This document shows positions 22,994 through 33,929 of a stretch of 64,000 nt of DNA, piece after piece (position 1 is the first letter of the stretch; each line of letters begins with the position of its first letter). The stretch comes from Planctomycetaceae bacterium (GTDB taxonomy: Bacteria; Planctomycetota; Planctomycetia; Planctomycetales; Planctomycetaceae). The stretch lies in assembly GCA_041398865.1 (NCBI GenBank), contig JAWKTY010000017.1, positions 71,499 to 135,498 on the forward strand, given 5' to 3'. The notes beneath the pieces are model-generated. The model saw nothing but the letters and a program-made list of their open reading frames with translations, ran no database searches and was not told the origin of the DNA. The position numbers were made by a program, and so were the translations under genes.

Positions 22994-23989
22994 ATGAAAA
23001 CGGTTTCCCGTTCGTCGCGTCTTCGCGCATTTACTCTTATTGAATTGCTGGTTGTGATTGCAATCATTGCGATTTTGATCGCACTGCTGCTTCCAGCCGT
23101 GCAGCAGGCTCGAGAAGCAGCCCGCAGAACTCAGTGCAAAAACAACCTGAAGCAGCTCGGACTGGCTCTTCACAACTACCATGACGTCTTCAACAGCTTT
23201 CCTTTGGGACATTCGTGGATTGTCGGAGCGAATGGATGGGATGGCCACGGGATCCTTGTGGACCTGCTGCCGTACATCGATCAGGCTCCGTTGTACAACA
23301 CCTGGAACATGTCGGTTTCCTACCACGGTGGGGCAAACGCGACTGCCAGAAATACGAAAATCCCGGCATTCAAATGCCCCAGCGATTTGGCCTATAACGG
23401 TGCTCAGCCCGGGGTGAACTACGCGGGGTGCGGTGGCTCGTCCGTCAACATCTGGAGTGACGACAGTACCGGCGTGTTCCCAAGAAAGCGTTCAGCCAGC
23501 ATTCGAGACATTCTGGACGGAACCTCGAATACGGTTGCCTTCGGGGAACTGCTCACGGGTGATAACTCACAGAGTACTGTCAGTGATTCTGACGAAGTTC
23601 GCCTTGGCACGGCTCCGGCCTTTGCCGATCAGAATTTTCCGACCCAGGCAGAGATTACAGCCGCGGCAGCATCCTGTGATGCCCTCAGCCCAACTGCCGA
23701 AGCGTCACTCAGCCAGAACGGCAGTGACTGGAGTGCTCCGTATCCGACTCAGACCCGCTTCAACACCTGCGTTCCGCCGAACTGGAAGACACGCACCTGT
23801 CTCTTCGGGGGCGGTTTCGGTCTGTCCGCTGACCGCAGCGGAATCGTGCCGTCACGAAGCCGCCACGTCGGCGGTGTTCAGGTGACACTGGCTGACGGTT
23901 CTTCCCGATTTGTCTCTGAGAACATCGACACGCAGCTTTGGCAGTGGGTCGGGTCAAAACGCGAAGGCAAAACTGTCGGCGAATGGTAA
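22994..23989 (+). CDS. DUF1559 prepilin-type N-terminal cleavage/methylation protein
   Basis: AFTLIELLVVIAIIAILIALLLPAVQQAREAARRTQCKNNLKQLGLALHNYHD; IRDILDGTSNT; SRHVGGVQVTLADGSSRFVSENID. Confidence 0.96.
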   Translation: MKTVSRSSRLRAFTLIELLVVIAIIAILIALLLPAVQQAREAARRTQCKNNLKQLGLALHNYHDVFNSFPLGHSWIVGANGWDGHGILVDLLPYIDQAPLYNTWNMSVSYHGGANATARNTKIPAFKCPSDLAYNGAQPGVNYAGCGGSSVNIWSDDSTGVFPRKRSASIRDILDGTSNTVAFGELLTGDNSQSTVSDSDEVRLGTAPAFADQNFPTQAEITAAAASCDALSPTAEASLSQNGSDWSAPYPTQTRFNTCVPPNWKTRTCLFGGGFGLSADRSGIVPSRSRHVGGVQVTLADGSSRFVSENIDTQLWQWVGSKREGKTVGEW

Positions 23990-24142
23990 TCGGATACGGT
24001 CTTCACTAACGACCACCATCAGGTGCTGACGCTGTGGGTCGTTCTTCGACGACGTCGGGAACGACCTTTTTCTTTGGTTCTCCGCTTCGCGTTCGTCAAC
24101 ATCTGACGCGTGAAGACTCACACCTCCTGAACAGGCTTTCCC

Positions 24143-24493
24143 ATGACTCCCTCCTCAAAACTGCGTTCACCGTTCCGGCATTTGATGAATGCCGTCGTCC
24201 TGACTTTGATTGCCGTCGTTTACGGTTGTGGCCCGGCGACATTTGAGTACCCGGAAGTCACGACACCGCCCCCATCAAAAGTTGACAATTTCCGTGAACT
24301 TCTGAAAAGCTACGCTGAATCCGGGCAGCTGGACAGCGGAGCCGAATTGCTGGTCGCCGAAGCCGACTCGCTTTCAATCGAAGGGGTCACAAAATCCGTC
24401 GAGATCAAGACGGAAGTTCAGCAGATGGTGGCCGCTAAATCTGCTGGTGAAGTCAAAAAACATGCTGAAGCTGCATTGAAAATGCTGCCGTAG
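24143..24493 (+). CDS. Small lipoprotein, typical partner of DUF1559 genes
   Basis: Lipobox-like VVYGC after a hydrophobic stretch; directly downstream of DUF1559. Confidence 0.7.
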   Translation: MTPSSKLRSPFRHLMNAVVLTLIAVVYGCGPATFEYPEVTTPPPSKVDNFRELLKSYAESGQLDSGAELLVAEADSLSIEGVTKSVEIKTEVQQMVAAKSAGEVKKHAEAALKMLP

Positions 24494-24714
24494 TGAAATG
24501 ACGTGGCTGATCGGCACTGAAGACACGCCTCGCCCGGTGAGCTCAGTGTCGATTTCCACCCGGCCGCAATTTCCGAATGGGCAAGGCCCGCTGCCGATCG
24601 ACTCCAACGCCGGCGACGGCGGGATTCACGACACGTCGCTCGCAATTCAGGGAATCGTCCTTGAAACCCTGGCCGGAGCAGATCACGGCCAGCGTACCGT
24701 TCGCCGGACCTGGA

Positions 24715-25924
24715 CTACCTCATGGAGGACATGTTCAGGATCGGCAGCAGCAGTGCGGCGATCACGAAGACCACGACCGCTGCCATGATCAGCAGCATCA
24801 GGGGTTCCAGCATGCGGACGACAACGTCGATGCGGCGGGCCGTCGTTTTTCCAGACTGTCCGCGATGCCGATCAGCACGTTCTCCAGATTGTTTGATTCT
24901 TCACCGATCGAGATCATTTCCACGATCTCGCGGGAGAACTGACCACTGGCACGCAGCGGGACGGCCAGCGATTTCCTCCGGAAACGTTATCTGCCGCTCG
25001 GCCAATCGCGTCGCTTAGCACGACATTCCCGCTGGCATCGCGAGCAATTTTCAGAGACTGAAGAATCGGAACTCCGTTGCCCAGCAGTGTGCCCAGCATT
25101 CGACAGAATCGGGCAACGGCCAGGTTCTGCACGATGCCGCCGATGCCCGGAGCCTTCAGTTTCCATGCGTCCAGCTTCTCCTGAGCTTCTCTGGATTCAG
25201 AAACAGTGTACCAGGCCCACGCCGCAGAACCGGCCACAACGGGAAGGACGATGTACCACCACTGCTGGAGCCAGTCACTGAATGACAGCAGAGTTGTGGT
25301 GGCCCAGGGAAGCTGCCCCTGTTCGGCCATGCGTCCGAAAATCTGAGCAAATTTCGGGACGAACCAGACCAGCAGCACGGCAATGATGATGCTGCCCACA
25401 GACATCAGAAACAGAGGGTAGACCATTGCTCCGACGACTTTGCCCTTCAGTTCCTCCTGATGTTCGTTGAACGCCGCAACACGAGTCAGAACGTCTTCCA
25501 GGAAGCCGCCTTCCTCGCCGGCTCGCACCATGCTGACCGTCAGGCTGTTGAACGCTTTGGGGTGACGCCGCATGGCGTCATTCAGCCGCGTGCCTTCAGC
25601 AACCTGTTCCCGAACATCCTGAACAACAAATCGCAGTGCCGGATGTGATGTCTGATCTTCCAGCAGCTGCAGTGATCTTAGAAGCGGAACACCGCTGCGG
25701 AGCAGGTCGGACAGCTGAGAATAGAACGTCGTCAGATATTTCCCGGGGACTCGACGGGACCCGCTGACGGCCTGCTTGCGAACCGCCTCAGACATCCCGA
25801 TTTTCATTGGAAAAAGTCCCTGCGACTGGAGCACCGCCAGCGCATCCTTTTCACTTCCTGCGGTCAGCGTGCCGTTGACCTGCTTTCCGGAAAGTTCACG
25901 AGCAATGTAATCGAAGTCAGGCAT
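24715..25924 (-). CDS. gspF: Type II secretion system F family protein (two frameshifts, ~24975 and ~24848)
   Basis: FYSQLSDLLRSGVPLLRSL, MVRAGEEGGFL, YP, LLGNGVPILQSL. Adding one A at each of two A-runs restores GKSLAVPL...ISIGEESNNLE...RMLEPLMLLIMA...LLPILNMSSMR*. Confidence 0.88.
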
Positions 25925-26009
25925 GGACGAGGGTTTCGGTATTCAGCAGTTCCGACCGGAAGCAACATCGGAGATCCCGGACGGCGTCATTCTGAATTCA
26001 GGAATCAGG

Positions 26010-27698
26010 CTAGCCAACGATATCTCCGCGAGTAATTCTGACGACTTCCTCGACGCTGGTCACTCCTTCGACCACCTGTTCCCAGCCGCTTTGTCGCAGA
26101 GTCGTCATGCCGTGCTGCAGAGCGTGTTTACGGATTCGCGTGGCACTTTCGTTGTTGGCACACAGTTCCTGAAGTGTGGGATCGGTGATCAGCAGTTCGA
26201 ACACGCCGACCCGGCCTCGATAACCTGTGTCGTTACATTCGCGACAGCCGACCGGGTCGTAAATGAGCTCCCGAATCTGTTCCACAGGAAAGTCAGCCGG
26301 CAGCTCTGCGTCCTTTGCCGTCACCGGCTTCCGACAGTGCTGACACAGCCGTCGGACCAGACGCTGAGCCAGAACGCCTTCGACCGTACTGGCGACGAGG
26401 TACGGTTCAACTCCCATATCAACCAGACGAGTAAATGCGCTGGGAGCGTCGTTTGTGTGCAGAGTGCTGAACACAAGGTGACCGGTCAGTGATGCCTGAA
26501 TGGCCGCCTGAGCGGTTTCGCCGTCTCGAATTTCTCCAATCAGAACGACGTCCGGGTCGTGACGCAGGATACTGCGAAGGCCAGCCGCGAAAGTCAGTCC
26601 GATCCGGCTGTGGACCTGAATCTGACTGATGCCGTCCATCTGGTATTCGACCGGATCTTCGACGGTGATGATCTTGATCGTCGGATCCTTGATTTCATTC
26701 AGAGCACTGTACAGAGTGGTTGACTTACCACTGCCGGTGGGGCCGGTGACCAGCACAATTCCGTGAGGCAGATCGATCAGCTGCCGGAAACGTTTGACAA
26801 TCGTGGGCGGCATCCCGACGTTCTTCAGATCGAACGTCATTTTGGCCTTGTCCAGCAGACGCAGGACCACGCCTTCGCCATGGGACATCGGAATGATGGA
26901 CACTCGGACATCCACTTCCCGACCCGAAACCCGCAGCTTGATGCGACCGTCCTGAGGCAGCCGCTTTTCGGCGATGTTCAGGTGTGACATGATCTTCAGA
27001 CGAGTCACAATCGCGGAATAGAAGTGATTGATCTCCTGAGGAACCGACTGAACTCGCAGCATGCCGTCGATGCGATAACGAACTCGCAGACCGCTTTCCT
27101 GTGGTTCGATATGCACGTCGCTGGTGCCCAGTTTGACGGCTTCGATTAGCAGTTCGTTCACCAGCCGAATGACCGAAGGGGCCTGAGCTCCTTCCGCAAG
27201 CTCGCCGAAATCTTCTTCGATTTCCTCCAGCAGTTCGATGCCGTCTTCGCTGCGCTGACGGACCAGTTCGTTGATGGTGTCGCCGCCGACTCCCAGCAAT
27301 TCGCGAATGCGAGCTCCCAGTTCGTTTCTGCGAGTCAGCACGGGTTCCAGTCGCATTCCGCTGACCGTTCCCAGCTCATCCATGCCTTCAAGATTCAGCG
27401 GATCATCCGTGGCCACCACGACGTGCCCGTTGCGGCGATAGAGTGGCAGCAATGAATGTCGATAGATGGCGGATGTCGGAAACTTCTGCAGCAGTTCCAG
27501 GTCGATCTCGACATCCTTCAGGTCGATGTAGTCCATGCCGAATTCGGCGGAAAGTGTCTTCAGGACGCTGTCTTCCGTGACCAGTCCCATGCGGATCAGC
27601 GTCTGATCAATACGTTCCCCATTCTGTTCGCCGCGAGCCAGCTTCAGCTGATCGCCGGAAATCAGGCCTTCATCAACGAGAAGCTGTCCCAGATCCAT
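26010..27698 (-). CDS. gspE: GspE/PulE family secretion ATPase
   Basis: [27 protein letters not shown] (Walker A), [28 protein letters not shown], tetra-Cys, [10 protein letters not shown]. Confidence 0.96.
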   Translation of the reverse strand: MDLGQLLVDEGLISGDQLKLARGEQNGERIDQTLIRMGLVTEDSVLKTLSAEFGMDYIDLKDVEIDLELLQKFPTSAIYRHSLLPLYRRNGHVVVATDDPLNLEGMDELGTVSGMRLEPVLTRRNELGARIRELLGVGGDTINELVRQRSEDGIELLEEIEEDFGELAEGAQAPSVIRLVNELLIEAVKLGTSDVHIEPQESGLRVRYRIDGMLRVQSVPQEINHFYSAIVTRLKIMSHLNIAEKRLPQDGRIKLRVSGREVDVRVSIIPMSHGEGVVLRLLDKAKMTFDLKNVGMPPTIVKRFRQLIDLPHGIVLVTGPTGSGKSTTLYSALNEIKDPTIKIITVEDPVEYQMDGISQIQVHSRIGLTFAAGLRSILRHDPDVVLIGEIRDGETAQAAIQASLTGHLVFSTLHTNDAPSAFTRLVDMGVEPYLVASTVEGVLAQRLVRRLCQHCRKPVTAKDAELPADFPVEQIRELIYDPVGCRECNDTGYRGRVGVFELLITDPTLQELCANNESATRIRKHALQHGMTTLRQSGWEQVVEGVTSVEEVVRITRGDIVG

Positions 27699-27719
27699 GA
27701 TTCCTGCGTATTCCTAAAA

Positions 27720-27938
27720 TGGGCAGTGCCCACACCCGATACGAGCTTCCGCTCGGAAACGCGACGTTGTCGCTCAGAAAAATGGGCGCACCGTACGCTC
27801 ATCGTTCTCATTCAGATCCTGCGTGGGCAGTGCCCACACCCGACACGACCTTCTGCTCGGAAACACGACGTTTTCGCTCAGAAAAATGGGCGCACGCTCC
27901 CATTCAGATCCTGGGTGGGCAGTGCCCACACTCGATTC
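27720..27938. repeat. Three tandem copies of a ~92-104-bp element built on the palindrome GTGGGCAGTGCCCAC
   Basis: Palindrome at ~27720, 27823-27837 and 27915-27929, with conserved downstream GCTCGGAAAC(G/A)CGACG...TCGCTCAGAAAAATGGGCGCAC. Confidence 0.85.
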
Positions 27939-27945
27939 GGGAGTT

Positions 27946-30900
27946 CTATCGGCCACCTCGCCCCCCCTGAGGACGACCACCGCTGAACGGGTTTCCACTG
28001 CCGCGTCCCGAAGTTCCGCCGGTTCCTGGGAATCCCGGAAAGCCGCCACCCTGCTGCATCCGTTCGCGAATCCTGTTCTGAATCTCCTGGTTGATGGCAT
28101 CCTGATTCGGTGCCCCTCGATTATTGTCTGATCGCTGACCGTTATTGTCGGAATTTCCGGGAGACGGCGTGCTTCCTCCGGATCCGCTGCCGCTGCCCGA
28201 TGATGACCGCGACGAACTGACGGAAACTCGCGGGACCAGTGACTGCAGCATCTGCTGAATCACAACCGGATCCGCGTGGCGCAGCTGAATGGATCTGACG
28301 GTCGGTCGAGCTGTGCGGGCCGCGTCGTCCATGTTCTCGACGACCTGCTGTACTTCGTTGAAGATCTCCTGGCTACTGTTCACTGTCAGAATGCTGGTCT
28401 GCGAATCGACTCCCAGAGTCAGACGGACCTTCGTCGATTCATCATTACCGCCCCGCCCGCCTCCGCCGCTTCCGCCAAACATCATGGCCAGCGGGTTCTG
28501 CTGCTGTTGTCGGTTGCCTCCCTGTGCCTCCATGTAGGGCTTGAAAACTTCCTTCAGCAGGTTGGCCACCGCGTCCACATCGGCGAACTGCACAGCAATC
28601 TGTCGAGGCTGCATGTCTTTCAGTGACTCAGGAATTTCATTCGAATCCAGAACTCGCAAAAACGCCAGAGCATCCCGAATCATCGACTGAGGTCCGGTCA
28701 GGAACAGCGAATTTGTTCGTACATCGGGAATGATACGCAGTGTTGCCGACGCTGATCCCAGACCACTCAGCCCGGTCGCGTTCATCAGGCTGCTGCCCAT
28801 GCTCGATAGACTGCTGCTGAGTCCCCCGAACATACTGCCGCTGGACGCTGCTGATGTGGTTCCGACACTGCTGGACGGAAAAAACTGCCCCAGCATGTCG
28901 GCAGCCTCAATGGCATCGGCCGCGGAAAGATAGACGACCGTGTATTCCGCCTTGATCGGCAGCGACTGATGCAGAAAGTCCAGCAGGTCTTCCAGTTCGT
29001 CCAGCTTCGATTCGTCAGAGCCCGACAACACCAGTTCGTCCCCCAGCAGCTGGATGAACACTTCGGAATCTTCGTCCGGAACGCTGCGTCGTCCACGCTC
29101 GTTTGGATCCCAGGTCTGTCCGTTCAGCGGAGCAGCCTGCCCGGCGGCGGCCGGCCCCCGGTCGGAATCAGCGTCAGCGTCGTCGGCATCGACCTGTGCT
29201 GCGTTGGTGTACCGCCACCGGTCGGTCTGGCCTGGGGCCGCAACCGTGGTTTCGGGTTTTGGATCACCCGGAAAGCGTCTGTGCATCGAAAAACTTCGTA
29301 CGTTTTCAGTCGACGGACGGCGATCGGTCCTGGCCACAGAATTCTGACTAATGCTGTGACGAGTGTGATCAAACGACTTCACCAGCGACCTTTCCGTTCC
29401 TGGCTTTCTAAAGTCCGGCGCCTGCGTCTGCAGGGTTTCCGAACGAGGACGGGAAACACCGGACAGCGGATCAAGCAGCGTCCCCTTTTCCAGATCCAGT
29501 GACTCACCGGGACGATCGATTTCCTCTTCGGTGGTTCGGCGACTCTTGATTGGTCCCCCATCGCTGGGAATAACAATGTTGATTTTGGTCTCCTGCTGAG
29601 ACTCCCACTGCTGCTGCAGCACTTTCAGAAATTCTTCCGGGTTGCGGCCCTGCAGTGAAAAACGTCGAATGTTGCCGCCGACTCCACGTTCCCGAACACC
29701 CGTTCCATCTTCGCCCAGATCCAGAAGAACCTGACGAATCTGAGTGATCTGTTCCATGCTGCCGCGAATGATCAGTCGGCGGCTCAGCAAATCACATTCA
29801 ATGGTCGGAGCTTCGGTGCCGTCTGAATAAAACAGAGACCGAAGAGTTGCGGCGGCTGACAGCGGATCAAGTTGAGTGAGCGGAATCACGGCCACCGAAC
29901 CACTGACACCGCCGCCATCCAGCTGGCGGATCAGAGCTGCGACCTCCTCGTGCTGTCGCTGAGTCGCCATGATGTGAACTCGACCCGTCTTGCGGTCTTC
30001 ATTCACGACCTGAACTCCAGGAATGTTCATCGCCGCCAGCGTTTTCGTCACTTCGCCGGAATCCGCAGATTTGACCTGGTACACTTCCAGGTACGTGCCT
30101 CGGCGATCTCGCGTCAGACTGGTTCCGTCCGGAGCTTCGGAGACATCCAGCACTTCCAGAATCGATTCCACCAGAGCGTGCTGAGCGGCAGTTCCCGTAA
30201 CCAGAAGACTGTTCAGACGCAGATCCGGAGCAATCTGGACTTCCGGGGCAGCCGCTGTTGAAGGAGCCGGCGTCGATGTGCGAGATCCAGGCTGTGGCGG
30301 TGACTGAGTTCGAGACTGCATCCGAGCCTGATTGCGAGCGGCTTCTTCGGCGGCCATGCTGACGTTGGCCACATTCTGACGCATGCCGAACTGAGTCCGA
30401 ACCTGAATCTCTGCTTCTTCGGCATCAAGGTTTTTCAGGTGATAGGCTTTGAAAATCTGAGCGTCCGGTTTGGACTTCGACATGGCTTCCGTCAAGAAAC
30501 CGTGGATTCGTCGCAGGTTGGCTCCGGCATCGGTGATGATCAGCAGATGGGAGTCTGTGAGCGCTACCATGCTGCCCAGCGGGCCCAGCAGAGCTTCGAC
30601 TTCCGTGGCGATCCGAGCTGTTTCCATGCCGTCGACAGAGATGCGCACGGTCGCCAGTTCGTTGTTGCCAACTTCCAGTTCCCGTCCGACCTTCAGCAGT
30701 TGCTCTTCGGTCACATCCCGAATGAGATACGGCGGGATTCCGTTGTCCGTATTCAGGACAATCAGAAATCCGTCATTCTCAATCATCGCATAGCCTTTGC
30801 GATGCAGATAGCCGTTCAGAATGTCCAGGGTCTGGCGAGCCGTATACGTGTTGTCATCGTAATGACTGAATGTTCCGGGCGGAATTTCGTTCAGGTCCAG

Positions 30901-31767
30901 CGTCAGCCCGGCTCCGTCGGCATACATCTGCAGAACCCGTTCCCAGGTTTCGAACCGAAAATTGAACCGAAACTCGGTAATCCGATGACGTTCACCGGTC
31001 TCCGAACTGGTCGCGTCTCCACCAAAGCTGCCGACTGCAGCCGGCTGCCCCGGCACCTGCGGGCTACCCGGAATCATGGGGCCGCCCGGAACCATCGGGC
31101 CACCGGGGAATCCCGGACGTGGACCCGCCACGGCCGGAACCTGACCGAATGTCCGTTCGCTGTCGAGCCGCGTTTTCTGTTCTGCGGTCAGAACTCCTTC
31201 CAGCTTCGGTTGCCATTCCGCCGCCAGTCGATCACGGTCTTCGTCCGACGCTTCAGCCCCGAGTGCCCGTTCGGCCGTCCGGAATTCGCGGTTCAGTTCA
31301 TCCAGTTTGCCGGTCTGCTCGGGACTCAGTCCGTATTCCGCAGCGACCCGAGCATCAGAAAACGCTCGCATCCCGGAACTCTGCAGAAACACCTGGCGCA
31401 ACTTTTTCTGCTGAAAATTGGTCAGAATCTTCAGAGCTTCGGTTTGAAGTTCCAATGTTTTTGCGGCAACGGCTTCGTTCAGCTCGGCCTGAATCTTTGT
31501 GACTTCCTCCGTATTTTTCGCAGCTCGAGCATCCCCGATCCGTTCCAGAAACGGCTTGAAAAATTCGGTGTCAGGGCGGGTCTTCTTCAGAGCTTCGTCC
31601 AGCTGAGCCGTCTGCTGCTCATTGAGCCCCAGTTCGCGCAGGACATCGCCTTCCTTCAGCAGGTCGATTTCCGACTGCCGTCGCTGAGCGGCCGCTTCAC
31701 CTGTCAGCGTGAGGCAAAACGCCAGCAAAATGGCAGCTCGAAGAATAAACGTTGTCGTATTCGGCAT
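27946..31767 (-). CDS. Secretin N-terminal-domain-containing protein (GspD-like, no visible C-terminal secretin barrel)
   Basis: Signal peptide; N0-like FRFNFRFETWERVL; repeated N-domain motifs (DLRLNSLLVTG, DVRTNSLFLTGP, DSQTSILTVNSS); ends in a G/S/R-rich low-complexity tail; upstream of gspE/gspF. Confidence 0.8.
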   Translation of the reverse strand: MPNTTTFILRAAILLAFCLTLTGEAAAQRRQSEIDLLKEGDVLRELGLNEQQTAQLDEALKKTRPDTEFFKPFLERIGDARAAKNTEEVTKIQAELNEAVAAKTLELQTEALKILTNFQQKKLRQVFLQSSGMRAFSDARVAAEYGLSPEQTGKLDELNREFRTAERALGAEASDEDRDRLAAEWQPKLEGVLTAEQKTRLDSERTFGQVPAVAGPRPGFPGGPMVPGGPMIPGSPQVPGQPAAVGSFGGDATSSETGERHRITEFRFNFRFETWERVLQMYADGAGLTLDLNEIPPGTFSHYDDNTYTARQTLDILNGYLHRKGYAMIENDGFLIVLNTDNGIPPYLIRDVTEEQLLKVGRELEVGNNELATVRISVDGMETARIATEVEALLGPLGSMVALTDSHLLIITDAGANLRRIHGFLTEAMSKSKPDAQIFKAYHLKNLDAEEAEIQVRTQFGMRQNVANVSMAAEEAARNQARMQSRTQSPPQPGSRTSTPAPSTAAAPEVQIAPDLRLNSLLVTGTAAQHALVESILEVLDVSEAPDGTSLTRDRRGTYLEVYQVKSADSGEVTKTLAAMNIPGVQVVNEDRKTGRVHIMATQRQHEEVAALIRQLDGGGVSGSVAVIPLTQLDPLSAAATLRSLFYSDGTEAPTIECDLLSRRLIIRGSMEQITQIRQVLLDLGEDGTGVRERGVGGNIRRFSLQGRNPEEFLKVLQQQWESQQETKINIVIPSDGGPIKSRRTTEEEIDRPGESLDLEKGTLLDPLSGVSRPRSETLQTQAPDFRKPGTERSLVKSFDHTRHSISQNSVARTDRRPSTENVRSFSMHRRFPGDPKPETTVAAPGQTDRWRYTNAAQVDADDADADSDRGPAAAGQAAPLNGQTWDPNERGRRSVPDEDSEVFIQLLGDELVLSGSDESKLDELEDLLDFLHQSLPIKAEYTVVYLSAADAIEAADMLGQFFPSSSVGTTSAASSGSMFGGLSSSLSSMGSSLMNATGLSGLGSASATLRIIPDVRTNSLFLTGPQSMIRDALAFLRVLDSNEIPESLKDMQPRQIAVQFADVDAVANLLKEVFKPYMEAQGGNRQQQQNPLAMMFGGSGGGGRGGNDESTKVRLTLGVDSQTSILTVNSSQEIFNEVQQVVENMDDAARTARPTVRSIQLRHADPVVIQQMLQSLVPRVSVSSSRSSSGSGSGSGGSTPSPGNSDNNGQRSDNNRGAPNQDAINQEIQNRIRERMQQGGGFPGFPGTGGTSGRGSGNPFSGGRPQGGRGGR

Positions 31768-32187
31768 TGGAAAGAACCCGGAGGCAACGCAGGCTGAATC
31801 AGGCACTGGAAATTAAAACAGACAAAAAACCGCCAAAAAGGCGGGCACAGCAAGCATGAAAAAGGGGACGTCCTTTACCAATACTCACTCGCGCCCAGCG
31901 GAGTCAAACCCCGCAAAATGCCGGAAAGAGTCTGTATATTTCCCAAATTCGACAGCCAATTGCACCATTCTTGTGCGCCCCCAAAGACTTGCCTGGGAAT
32001 TGATCAGCCTGAGGCGGACGTAGCGGTTCTAACGAGGAAACCCGCTCCGGAGGTCCGCCTGGCCCCGTTAATTCTCACCTGTTTTGGCAGCTTGCCCCAG
32101 ACCGATCCGTCCGCGAACTCCATCCACCAGCAGCGAAGTTGTTCCTGATGGTGCATCGGCCGTGTGGGGCGGAGGACTCTCGCGAAT

Positions 32188-32931
32188 TCACGACGCGGAA
32201 ATCGCCTGGCTCAGAGGAAGCAGCACTTCGTCGATCACAAATGCTTCCATCAGCTCTTCTGATTTTTGTTTCAGCTGAGACATGCGGTCGGCGAACGACG
32301 CATCGTGTTCCATACTTCCGTACTGTCGGACAGTGAAGTAAACGCTGATCGGTTCTTCCGGGAAGTCATTCCGCCGGACCTGGTATGCGTTGGTTCGGGT
32401 TTCAATCAGCAATCGAGCCTGCAGGCGGCAGGATTCGTCGAGAGCAACGGTCATCGTGGGTTCAAAGTTCAGAATGCTGGCCCCGGGGATCCTCGGCAGG
32501 CGTTCGAGCGATGGCGAACAACCCAGCGCCTTCGCGACCAGTTGGTCATGGTTGCCGCGATAGGGAAAATCAAATCCCAGCATGTAGTCCAGAGCCTCAC
32601 AGTCCAGCGGACTGACCGTCAGCATGTACGGAACAAGATCCAGAATCAGCCTGTGCTGTGCTTCCGGTTCGGAGAGATCCGGCGGATTGACGTACCCGCT
32701 GCAGATACGACGCGGTTCCAGGGACATCCACCGGTGATGAGGCCGGTCTTTGTCTTCTTCCAGCACGAAGTCGCCGCTTTCACGAGTGTAAAAGTTGCGC
32801 ATGGAAGGAAACGTCTTCTGCACGCGACCGAACAGTTCCAGCACGGCTTCCCGAGTATTCGGGAGCGGCATTTCCGTGTTCAGATGCATGTTGACGTAAA
32901 AATCGGACGCCAGCCCGGAATATCGATTCAT
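32188..32931 (-). CDS. Conserved hypothetical protein
   Basis: Well-formed globular-looking ORF (SDFYVNMHLNTEMPLP...RRICSGYVNP...YRGNHDQLV); function not recognised. Confidence 0.7.
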   Translation of the reverse strand: MNRYSGLASDFYVNMHLNTEMPLPNTREAVLELFGRVQKTFPSMRNFYTRESGDFVLEEDKDRPHHRWMSLEPRRICSGYVNPPDLSEPEAQHRLILDLVPYMLTVSPLDCEALDYMLGFDFPYRGNHDQLVAKALGCSPSLERLPRIPGASILNFEPTMTVALDESCRLQARLLIETRTNAYQVRRNDFPEEPISVYFTVRQYGSMEHDASFADRMSQLKQKSEELMEAFVIDEVLLPLSQAISAS

Positions 32932-33484
32932 GACACGTTTCAGCCAGACAATGAACACACCCCGGCAGGCTCGCAGCACTCCAACTCATGCGCCACGCTG
33001 GAAAACGAGGAAGTATAACAGCACCGCTCCCACGTGCGACGCCTGGCGAAACCAGGGCTCCGGAATATGAGCCACGCAGCCAACTCCGGCCTGAAACTGA
33101 GCCTTCCCGAACGTCTCGACAGCATGCCGGGAAATGTGATCAAAGAACGCTTTCGCTGACCTGACCGGGGGATTGCCAGAATCGGAAATGTCGTTCAAAC
33201 CGGACACCACCGGCAGGTTCTGCCGCTTCTCGGGTCTCCCTTGGACAAGTTGCCTGAACTACGGAATTGTTCACGTCGAATATACTCTCACCAACTCTCC
33301 GAGCTGAACGGATTCACAAAACCCCTGGAATCGGGGTGAGACTGGTGCAGGTTCTATGGGCACATGTCGTGCCGGGCATCTTCGGAGGCTGATTGGGCGA
33401 ACTCCAACGTCTGGTCGCAAACGGAGTCTTCGGAAGGCCATTCCCCTCTGGTTGTTACACACCGTTCTTCAAAGGAAACCAACA

Positions 33485-33676
33485 ATGCGAAAAGGTCTGA
33501 TTCTGGCCGTGGCCATGATTATTGCTTACTCATCCGCTGCCGCTCCGTCGGCTGAAGCAGCTCGACGCGGCGGACTCTTCGCCGGAAACCGCAGCAACGG
33601 CGGATTCTTCTCAAACCTGATGGAACTGGAACGCCGCAAGAACGCTTGGCTGCGAGCGACCTTCCTCGGTCGCTGA
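33485..33676 (+). CDS. Small secreted protein
   Basis: RBS-like AAGGAA, signal peptide MRKGLILAVAMIIAYSSAAAP, followed by an intrinsic terminator. Confidence 0.7.
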   Translation: MRKGLILAVAMIIAYSSAAAPSAEAARRGGLFAGNRSNGGFFSNLMELERRKNAWLRATFLGR

Positions 33677-33723
33677 TTCGCCAGGTTCGTTCCGGCTTCA
33701 GAATTCAGTCAAACGACTGCCAG

Positions 33724-33755
33724 CGCCAGCGGTGTCTTCCGCTGGCGTTTTTTTT
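33724..33755 (+). terminator. Rho-independent terminator
   Basis: CGCCAGCGG-tgtctt-CCGCTGGCG followed by T8. Confidence 0.85.
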
Positions 33756-33929
33756 GTTTGCTGGCAGACTTTGACGGTTCGCTTCGTGATTTCGATTGCT
33801 CCATCTGGTCCGGTTTCAACAGCAGGCTCACCCTGGCGACTTGGGGTTGACGATATTCAGGGCACCCCGTAGCTTCCATTTGCCGAGCTGCAGAAGCTGC
33901 CGGACGTGTTTTCCGAAGGAGTGGGAAAG

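Noticed and set aside
27720-27938. CRISPR array
   Set aside because: Only three units; the sequence between the palindromes is itself conserved rather than unique spacers, unit lengths are 92-104 nt, and no cas genes are in the window.
30439-31797. Long antisense ORF (452 aa) and the many similar shadow ORFs, including the periodic minus-strand ORFs at 2033-5586
   Set aside because: These are reverse-frame by-products of GC-rich codon usage and of the tandem repeats; they show no protein motifs and fully overlap well-supported genes.
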